A stretch of DNA of 58,350 nt, from IMG/VR virus record IMGVR_UViG_3300029815_000015, positions 1 through 58,350 of that record, one strand, 5' to 3'. The position numbers and the translations under genes were made by a program. A model generated the notes under the pieces. It was not told the origin of the DNA. It did no database searches and was given only the letters and a program-made list of their open reading frames with translations. This document shows, in pieces, positions 35,674-41,832 of this stretch (within the stretch, counting starts at the first letter, position 1; each line of letters opens with the position of its first letter). This DNA comes from a virus.

Positions 35674-35744
35674 AGTCCAATATTAGTTCAAGATTAGTAC
35701 AACTCGTGATATAATAATAAGAAATAGGAGCCTAAATTATGGAA

Positions 35745-35790
35745 AAGGCTCCTACTTTTTTGTCAATTGGCAACCGGGGGGGAGAAATAA
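35745..35790. terminator. Bidirectional terminator hairpin
   Basis: Stem TAGGAGCC/GGCTCCTA. T7 on the + side and a T-rich run on the minus side. Downstream of the minus-strand recombinase gene. Confidence 0.6.
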
Positions 35791-35839
35791 ATGGTTGCCG
35801 TATTATATTGGCTTTAGACCTTTACAGTGTACCATACAA

Positions 35840-36415
35840 TCAGATGATACACAAATGATTTTTCAATGCGTTCTCAACACGTTTTTCACTGATACTGATA
35901 TATCTTTGCGTTGTCGAACTGGATGAGTGCTGTAGCAGGTGACGCACCAGTTCAATATCATAATCGTTATTTAGGTACATTTCCGTAGCGTATAACTTAC
36001 GAAAACTGTGTGTTGATATTCCGTCAATTCCAAAGAAATCTGCTACGATTTTCAATTGTTTCTGTACGGCTCTTTCGCTGATTGGAAAGATTCTTGCAGT
36101 TGGTGAAATGCCGTTATCCTCGGTGTACTGCTTTAAGAACTGAAATAATTCAGTTGGAACCGTGAAGTTTCTTCCCTTGCCGGTTTTTTGCTCTACAATA
36201 TCCAGATGATAGCGGCCGCTCTCGTATACTACGTCTGAAAGCGTAAGGTGCAGTATATCAGAGATTCTAACTCCTATGTTGGCTTGCACTACCAGTAATG
36301 TCGCAAGCCGTTTGTTTGGCTTGAATACGTGTTCTCCGTAATTGAAGCCTTTGCGGATTGCAGTTATGATTTCTTTGTAGGTTTCCTTGTCTAATGCTTT
36401 TGTCTTTTTGTTCAT
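35840..36415 (-). CDS. Small tyrosine recombinase, catalytic domain only (191 aa)
   Basis: ..ANIGVRISDILHL.., THSFRKLYATEMY, LLQHSSSSTTQRYI. ATG 36415 preceded by AAGGAG. Confidence 0.8.
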   Translation of the reverse strand: MNKKTKALDKETYKEIITAIRKGFNYGEHVFKPNKRLATLLVVQANIGVRISDILHLTLSDVVYESGRYHLDIVEQKTGKGRNFTVPTELFQFLKQYTEDNGISPTARIFPISERAVQKQLKIVADFFGIDGISTHSFRKLYATEMYLNNDYDIELVRHLLQHSSSSTTQRYISISEKRVENALKNHLCII

Positions 36416-36455
36416 GCTGAACGCTCCTTTCTTTTTACGCCCGGTAAGCAAAATA

Positions 36456-36469
36456 TTTTGATACCCCCC
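36456..36469. repeat. 14-bp direct repeat TTTTGATACCCCCC, copy 1
   Basis: Identical to 36540-36553. Lies in the recombinase leader. Confidence 0.9.
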
Positions 36470-36539
36470 TACCTTTCATATTTTCAAGGTTGGAGAGAGA
36501 TTTTTGCGATTTCGGAAGTTGCGCCCGATAATGCAAATT

Positions 36540-36553
36540 TTTTGATACCCCCC
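36540..36553. repeat. 14-bp direct repeat TTTTGATACCCCCC, copy 2
   Basis: Identical to 36456-36469, 84 bp apart. Runs into the palindrome CCCCGGGG. Confidence 0.9.
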
Positions 36554-36744
36554 GGGGTTGCTAATTTTTATAGTTGCAGGGTGAATTTTTTCAAATTGAT
36601 TTATATTAACAGTTTTTGCACTGTTTTTTACTTTACTGATTTTAGATACACTAAATAAAGGCTTGCCCTTGTGAGACGTTCCAAGGCTCACATTTTGCCT
36701 TTTTATCTCGTGAGCCTATAAACTTGCCATAGATATATAAAATC

Positions 36745-36773
36745 AGTATACGGCTAATATAAAGAGTTGTCAA
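36745..36773 (-). promoter_or_regulatory. Consensus promoter TTGACA-17-TATACT (minus strand)
   Basis: Reverse complement reads TTGACA actctttatattagccg TATACT. About 320 nt upstream of the recombinase ATG. Confidence 0.7.
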
Positions 36774-36931
36774 GGTGCTATGCGTTTTTGCATCCAAACC
36801 AAACCGGAACACATCCGGCAGGGGAAAAACAATCTTTTGTTTTTTGGTATCGCAAACACACCGCCGGAGATTTGCGAAAAGCAAAACGGCAGCAGGGCGC
36901 GCGCCCACCAAAAGCAGGCAGAGCGCACGAC

Positions 36932-36959
36932 AAAAAGCCGGAACGCATCCGGCTTTTTG
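36932..36959. terminator. Bidirectional intrinsic terminator
   Basis: Stem AGCCGGA/TCCGGCT flanked by A5 and T5. Immediately after the stop of the minus-strand ORF 36960..37220. Confidence 0.75.
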
Positions 36960-37220
36960 TTAAATATAACAGAAATCCCCCGGCATCCCGGTTGATATTA
37001 TCATTTTCCCGTCATTTCTACGATAAACGACACCGCAACCGCCATCAAAAATATTCCAAACTAACCAGCCCGGCGGCGTAACGGCTTCTTGTTTTCTGTA
37101 ATCATAAAACGAATAATGCGGCTTGATTCCTTGCCGCTCCTGTTCAAGTGCATTTTCAATGATTTCCCTGTCTGTCAATAATAACGGTGTACCGTCTTTT
37201 TTTCTTCCGCAAAATCTCAT
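36960..37220 (-). CDS. Hypothetical protein (86 aa)
   Basis: Start moved to the ATG at 37220. GC-richer than the phage average. No motif. Confidence 0.45.
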   Translation of the reverse strand: MRFCGRKKDGTPLLLTDREIIENALEQERQGIKPHYSFYDYRKQEAVTPPGWLVWNIFDGGCGVVYRRNDGKMIISTGMPGDFCYI

Positions 37221-37272
37221 AAATATATACCGCCCTTCTGTTTTTAATTTTTTATGCCCTAAAAAGGGGAAA

Positions 37273-37312
37273 AGCAAGCCGGGGAATCGAACCCCGGTAA
37301 ATCCGACTTGCT
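37273..37312 (-). ncRNA. tRNA acceptor/T-arm minihelix-like element (also positioned as a terminator)
   Basis: Minus strand: AGCAAG-tcggattta-CCGGGG-TTCGATT-CCCCGG-CTTGCT followed by TTTCCCCTTTTT. GGTTCGATTCC is the canonical T-loop. Confidence 0.5.
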
Positions 37313-37318
37313 AAAATA

Positions 37319-37732
37319 TTATTTGGCTTTTGCTGCGTGCTTTGTAAGCTCTCTATAAAGCAGATTGCACGCTGTTATTTCTGCCTTATCCTCTGTATAT
37401 CTTTCTTTTTCCTCTTCTGTCTCGTCTAAAATATCAGCGAGCCAATCAATGGCAGAACCGAGAAAAATATCATCAGAAACAGGAAAAGCAGTTGGCAAAC
37501 CGCTCATCCACTCGATAAATAAATTCTGTCTGCTGATTCTTCCTACAATATACCGGTTGTCGAATTTGCATTTTTCAATTTCAAAAGCTGACAAAATGTC
37601 TTTACAAATTTCGTTGTATTCGGTTTTTACCGTTTTCCCGTTATATGAAAAATATTCCTCGGCTGCTTCATAACTTTCAATTATTTTGTTTTCGATTGCT
37701 TTCATAACTTCTTTACTGTTTGTCTTTCTCAT
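37319..37732 (-). CDS. Hypothetical protein (137 aa)
   Basis: Clean minus-strand ORF. No recognisable motif. Confidence 0.6.
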   Translation of the reverse strand: MRKTNSKEVMKAIENKIIESYEAAEEYFSYNGKTVKTEYNEICKDILSAFEIEKCKFDNRYIVGRISRQNLFIEWMSGLPTAFPVSDDIFLGSAIDWLADILDETEEEKERYTEDKAEITACNLLYRELTKHAAKAK

Positions 37733-37792
37733 AATTCTTTACCTTTTCGGGAATCTATGATATAATTCCCTTACCTTTCTTTTTTGATTGGT

Positions 37793-37828
37793 GGCGGTTC
37801 GTTCTTGGTAGGGGCGACCGCCTTTTTT
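37793..37828 (+). terminator. Hairpin plus T6 on the + strand
   Basis: Stem GGCGGT/ACCGCC, 18-nt loop, T6. No obvious + strand gene upstream. Confidence 0.35.
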
Positions 37829-37903
37829 GTTTCTGTATATAATATAACCTATTTTTAGAATAATGTCAAGTGTTTTTGTAATCTTTTTTGTGAATATTTT
37901 TTC

Positions 37904-37932
37904 TTGATTTCTTTCTATATATATGATACAAT
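37904..37932 (+). promoter_or_regulatory. Promoter TTGATT-17-TACAAT
   Basis: -35 at 37904-37909, -10 at 37927-37932. Upstream of the HTH gene. Confidence 0.55.
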
Positions 37933-37956
37933 TAAAGCGCTAGGAGGTGATGAACT

Positions 37957-38184
37957 TTGATAAAATATAAAACAGATGTTCTGAAATTGCTAAAAAAACA
38001 CGGATACAATCAAACACGCATACAAAAGGAAAAACTGCTTTCAGGACAAACAAACGCAAATTTGCGAACTGGTAAAATGGTAAATTTAGATACCATAAAT
38101 AAAATTTGCGTTATGTGTCGCTGCCAACCGGGCGATATTCTGGAAGTAATCCCGACGGATGAAGAAAAAATAAAATATTTTTAG
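37957..38184 (+). CDS. Small HTH-type DNA-binding protein (75 aa)
   Basis: TTG start after AGGAGGTG. ..NLRTGKMVNLDTINKICVMCRCQPGDILE resembles short XRE-like HTH proteins. Confidence 0.5.
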   Translation: MIKYKTDVLKLLKKHGYNQTRIQKEKLLSGQTNANLRTGKMVNLDTINKICVMCRCQPGDILEVIPTDEEKIKYF

Positions 38185-38273
38185 AAAAAAGTAGTTGAAA
38201 ATATTCTAAAAGTAGGTTATAATTGACTTATCAAATAAAGAAAGGCACGGGAGACCGTGAAAAGGTGGAAATC

Positions 38274-38882
38274 ATGAACAAGGATAATGTGTATGAAGTC
38301 GAGTATATGCTCGGCAATGAAGAAAAAAGTGGCTACGTGATTGCCGATAATGAAAGTATGGCAAGTGATGTTGCGTATTTTCTTTTTGGTGAGGGAGAAG
38401 ATGAGCCATACAAAGAAATTGGAATCTACGATAATTCCATGTATGACTTTTTTGTTTTGGAAAGGGAGAATGACGGAAGTTATGAAAATGAAATCTTTGA
38501 AACGAAAGAAGAAGCGTTTTCTAAGATTGGAGTTGATGGGTGGACTATGGACGATTTAAAAGTCTACTCAGAAGGAGAATCCTATGATTTTAAAAAATGG
38601 AATTTTGAGGAAATGAAAAACAAAATATTAAAAAAATTTAATGGCTTGACTTTCCCAATTCGTACCGTTGTTTGTGACGGGAAAAAGTATGTTGGGCGCC
38701 TTGCGTCTGACGATGAATGTTGGGAGATGCTGAGTAATTGCAATTACCTATATGGCTTTATGATTAACGAAGAAAATAGCCAAATTACAAAGATGTTTTT
38801 TAATATTCCAGAAGGTATGGAACTGGATGACGATGACAACTATAAAGAAGCTGTTTCCTGCGAGGAAATCGAGGAATTATAA
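38274..38882 (+). CDS. Highly acidic hypothetical protein (202 aa)
   Basis: ATG 38274 after AAGGTGGA. Asp/Glu-rich throughout. Confidence 0.6.
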   Translation: MNKDNVYEVEYMLGNEEKSGYVIADNESMASDVAYFLFGEGEDEPYKEIGIYDNSMYDFFVLERENDGSYENEIFETKEEAFSKIGVDGWTMDDLKVYSEGESYDFKKWNFEEMKNKILKKFNGLTFPIRTVVCDGKKYVGRLASDDECWEMLSNCNYLYGFMINEENSQITKMFFNIPEGMELDDDDNYKEAVSCEEIEEL

Positions 38883-38894
38883 GGAGGAAAAGAC

Positions 38895-39298
38895 ATGAAA
38901 TACACATTTACAGACACAAGAACGAACTCCCGGAAGAATGGGACAAGTGGGAACAAATTGACGACTTGGACGACTTAAAAGAGTTCTTACGTGAATTTGA
39001 TAATGGCGTAGAATTTTTTAAATTTAAAGAGTTGCCGGAAGATATTGACATCCTCATGGCAGACGGATGTACAAAAGAGGAAGCCAAGAAAAACTTAAAA
39101 GACGGCGCCATAGTTTTCGAGGATTTAGAGGAAAATCTTGAAAACTACCTTGAAGAATGGGCGTATTTAGATAACGATGATGGCGAAGAGAAATTCACGG
39201 ACGAGGTAAAAAAAATGGTGGAAACTAAAACGCCTATTCCAGATTGGGGAGCGGTTGAAGTCTGCGGAAAATGGTACTTCATCGAATATTGTTTATAA
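38895..39298 (+). CDS. Acidic hypothetical protein with an apparent frame break near its 5' end
   Basis: AAGGAGG 7 nt upstream of ATG 38895 (frame 0, stops at 38978). The convincing coding frame (..ELPEEWDKWEQIDDLDDLKEF..) is frame -1 and runs to 39298. Confidence 0.45.
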
Positions 39299-39317
39299 TT
39301 TGATTCCAGAAGAAAAG

Positions 39318-39342
39318 GGCGGCTTTTAAGCCGTCTTTTTTT
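39318..39342 (+). terminator. Intrinsic terminator
   Basis: Stem GGCGGC/GCCGTC (one G-U) followed by T7. Confidence 0.65.
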
Positions 39343-39346
39343 GTGT

Positions 39347-39478
39347 TTTTGTTATCGGTTTGTTATCAATTTGTAATCATGTTGTATACAGTTCTGTTAT
39401 CGCTTTGTAATCAATCTGTTTCCAAAGTGTAGACCAGATAAGATAAGGTTAGATAAGGTTAGAGAAGATAAGTATATA
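39347..39478. repeat. Iteron arrays: five TTGT(T/A)ATC boxes, then four GATAAG boxes in the opposite sense
   Basis: TTGTTATC/TTGTAATC at about 39348, 39359, 39370, 39393 and 39404. GATAAG x4 with a tandem GATAAGGTTA x2 at 39437-39475. Confidence 0.7.
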
Positions 39479-39562
39479 TATAGTCGGGCAGATTCCCCGA
39501 CGCCGTACCAGGATTTATAAAAAACGGCTCGAACTCGACAAATAAATATTATAAATTTATTA

Positions 39563-39591
39563 TTGACAATAATTTGTGTATCGTGTATAGT
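39563..39591 (+). promoter_or_regulatory. Consensus promoter TTGACA-17-TATAGT
   Basis: -35 at 39563-39568, -10 at 39586-39591. About 130 nt upstream of the terS-like gene. Confidence 0.65.
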
Positions 39592-39722
39592 AAGGGCAGA
39601 TATTAAAATACTGCTCTGGAAACAGTAGCATACAGACGGCAGCAAACGCTGACGCAAGATGATAACTTTTTATTTTTCTTGTGTTGGCGTTTTTTATTTT
39701 TGTAATGTTTGGAGGTGATGTT

Positions 39723-40295
39723 GTGAAAGATAACACGATTAAAAGCGAAGTAGGTATTGAGGTATATCAGAACGATATATATAGACTGGTGGATGAATAT
39801 ATAGATACCGAACTAGATGGAGATACAGAAAGTGTATCAGATAACTTTGTATCTATGATTTTTTACATTGCTGATAATATTCAAAAACCTAGTAATGATG
39901 ATATAGACTTACTGGATGATATATTTAATATTTATGTCCGTATATGTGCTAAGTATAAAGTATTACCAACACTGGAAGTATTTAGTTTTTTAGTTGGTAT
40001 TGATAGAAATACATTTACAGATTGGTCTATGGGTAGGTATAGGGTTAGCACTGCACATGGTAGCACAGTCAAAAAATGGTTTAATATTTGCAAATCTTTC
40101 ACGCTTAACCGCTTGCATAACCAGACCGGAACAAATTCCAATCTGATATTTATTGCAAAGGCGGCTTACGGTATGGCTGAAACTGCTCCGGTGCAGGTCG
40201 GCAACCAAAACAGCCAATCATTAGCAGATAGCGAGCTTCCAAAATTGACAAATCCGGCACAGGAAGTCATTGAAATCGAACAAAAAGACGGATAA
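39723..40295 (+). CDS. Terminase small subunit candidate (190 aa)
   Basis: GTG start after GGAGGTG. Position at the head of the packaging block. ..TLEVFSFLVGIDRNTFTDW.. HTH-like. No strong motif. Confidence 0.4.
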   Translation: MKDNTIKSEVGIEVYQNDIYRLVDEYIDTELDGDTESVSDNFVSMIFYIADNIQKPSNDDIDLLDDIFNIYVRICAKYKVLPTLEVFSFLVGIDRNTFTDWSMGRYRVSTAHGSTVKKWFNICKSFTLNRLHNQTGTNSNLIFIAKAAYGMAETAPVQVGNQNSQSLADSELPKLTNPAQEVIEIEQKDG

Positions 40296-40451
40296 ACAAC
40301 GGAAAAACGTTAAAGTTCGTAAAATTGTAGTTATACGAACCGAGCAAAAGAGAGGATTAACAGCCTACCCCCTACCCCTCTATTGAGGGATTAAAAAATC
40401 GCCTGCTAAGTCCCCCATACTACCGAAAAAATAAAAAAGGGGTTTTTGAGA

Positions 40452-40781
40452 ATGGAAAATGAATTACTGAAAACGGAATACTCAAAAGTGTTTGACGATA
40501 AGCGGAAAGCGTTGATATGTCAGAGTTATTACAAGTACGGCAAGGCAAGTAGAAATTTCGCAACCGGAAATGTGGATGCGATTGGAAGTCTTAAAAAGTG
40601 TCTTGCGAAGTTTGAAGAAACTGGAAACACAGAATATCTTTGCGACGTAGCAAATTACGCAATGTTCCGTTTCATGTTTCCGCAGAACGGAGAGTATTTT
40701 AAGAATACGGATTCGGATGGTTCGGCAGGAATTGTTGGAATGAGTGTAAAAGAAATGGAGGACTTCAAGGATGGACGATAA
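40452..40781 (+). CDS. Hypothetical protein (109 aa)
   Basis: Clean ORF. No confident motif. Confidence 0.55.
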   Translation: MENELLKTEYSKVFDDKRKALICQSYYKYGKASRNFATGNVDAIGSLKKCLAKFEETGNTEYLCDVANYAMFRFMFPQNGEYFKNTDSDGSAGIVGMSVKEMEDFKDGR

Positions 40782-40926
40782 CGAAAAACAGTGTTGTGGA
40801 AATTGTAAATATGCTGCATATAGCCGTGAGAATTGTTATGTGTGTGAGAATATGGACAGTTACTATTTAGCTGATTATGTCGAACACGACCACGGATGCG
40901 AAGAGTGGAGGAACCGTGATGATTAG
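40771..40926 (+). CDS. Cys-rich small protein (51 aa)
   Basis: CCGNC..C..C pattern. Overlaps the neighbouring ORFs. Read by eye. Confidence 0.35.
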   Translation: MDDNEKQCCGNCKYAAYSRENCYVCENMDSYYLADYVEHDHGCEEWRNRDD

Positions 40927-41080
40927 TTTTTTGATTCGATACATTGCTGTGGTTTATTTTGGATTCATGGTGGTAGTTTCGTTTTTGAACATAGTGTTAG
41001 GCGAAAAACCTCGTGAGAGAATAATGTCAATAATCAATTTTTGTGCGTCCATTGTGGCGATATATTTTATAACTCATTAA
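40919..41080 (+). CDS. Small membrane protein (53 aa)
   Basis: ATG 40919 after GGAGGA. Two hydrophobic helices. Confidence 0.5.
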   Translation: MISFLIRYIAVVYFGFMVVVSFLNIVLGEKPRERIMSIINFCASIVAIYFITH

Positions 41081-41398
41081 GAGTTTTACCATATCCCTTG
41101 AACTCTTAAACGTGATAAGGAGTGTGAATCACAAAGAGGGGCAATGTATATCCGTTCTAGCCGAGAGCGAATCGGAATACAACACCGGCAATTCGGTGTA
41201 TATGGTTTGTTCATGTTTTTTGCTTTTGCATGAACCTTTCTTGACCCACTAGCGGAAAGCTGATTAAAGGACCGTCACAAGGTCCGGTGGGGTTTATGGT
41301 TTCGTTGCGATAGTTTCCAGTGTCCAAAGTAGCCGGACGCAAAAGAATCGCAACAGTGCGGATTAAAACACAGATGCATGTATGTCAATCCGTACTTA

Positions 41399-41478
41399 CG
41401 GCGATAGCATAATGGATAATGCGTTGTGTAGAATCCCACTATACACAAAGAATCGTGGTTCAAATCCACGATTGCCGA
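41399..41478 (+). ncRNA. Non-canonical tRNA-like element 1 (80 nt)
   Basis: 7-bp acceptor CGGCGAT/ATTGCCG. D-arm GCAT-AATGGATA-ATGC. T-arm CGTGG-TTCAAAT-CCACG. The anticodon arm is 7 bp with an 11-nt loop (or 7 bp with a 7-nt AAUCCCA loop in a shifted register). Confidence 0.5.
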
Positions 41479-41560
41479 TTTCCCCGATAGAGGGGATGAT
41501 GCAATGCAAAGGTACCTAGAATTTTCTTGTTTTGCGATATAATCATTAGTCATTTGAATG

Positions 41561-41670
41561 TGATGTGTGGTGGAAAGGGTAGACGCAGGAAACCACAAGT
41601 ACGATGCCAAAGTGAGCCGAAAGGATATGGACAAAGGCATCATGTGAGGTTCGATTCCTCACCACATCAA
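41561..41670 (+). ncRNA. Non-canonical tRNA-like element 2 (about 110 nt)
   Basis: 7-bp acceptor TGATGTG/CACATCA stacked directly on a 6-bp T-arm GTGAGG-TTCGATT-CCTCAC. The internal arms (GTGG..CCAC; GATGCC..GGCATC with a 27-nt loop) are irregular. Confidence 0.45.
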
Positions 41671-41832
41671 TGTTCCGGTTCGCTACCGGATAAGCAAGCG
41701 TTTCGGTATTCCTTGCTGAAATAATTAAAATGCTTGTGTTGGTTGTCTGACAGTAGAGTATGGACAGAATAGTAATAAGTGACCGGATAATACTTTCCAA
41801 CACAAGAAACCGAATATAACTGGAGGTGTAAA

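Larger units (their letters stand above)
41081..41832 (+). ncRNA. About 750-nt ORF-free, densely structured region (candidate large ncRNA or tRNA-like cluster)
   Basis: No plausible + strand ORF. At least 10 hairpins or long-range helices, including a 10-bp stem 41733-41742/41797-41806 and two T-arm/acceptor modules. Confidence 0.45.

Noticed and set aside
35749-35925. About 58-codon + strand ORF starting inside the terminator hairpin, antisense to the recombinase 3' end
   Set aside because: The start codon and SD are sequestered in a strong hairpin. The translation is not protein-like, and the region is explained by terminators.
36660-36720. c-di-GMP-I (GEMM-I) riboswitch in the recombinase leader, suggested by GGCAAA and ACG..CACAAGGGCAAGCC on the minus strand
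   Set aside because: Only a partial resemblance to the first half of the motif as I remember it. I could not find the second conserved hairpin (GACGCAAAGCC-like). This needs a covariance-model search before any claim.
36458-37081. Several overlapping track ORFs on both strands in the recombinase leader and GC-rich spacer
   Set aside because: They have no SDs, mostly alternative start codons, and Arg/Pro/Ala-rich or nonsensical translations typical of GC-rich non-coding DNA. The region is better explained by a promoter, a structured leader and terminators.
39347-39478. CRISPR array
   Set aside because: The repeats are only 6-10 bp, directly abutting or 11-bp phased, with no spacer-sized unique segments. 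The (AGAGC)n tract at 21653 is a microsatellite, not CRISPR.
41561-41670. tmRNA
   Set aside because: At about 110 nt it is far too short. There is no internal tag-peptide reading frame and no pseudoknot series. Only the acceptor/T-arm mimicry is shared.
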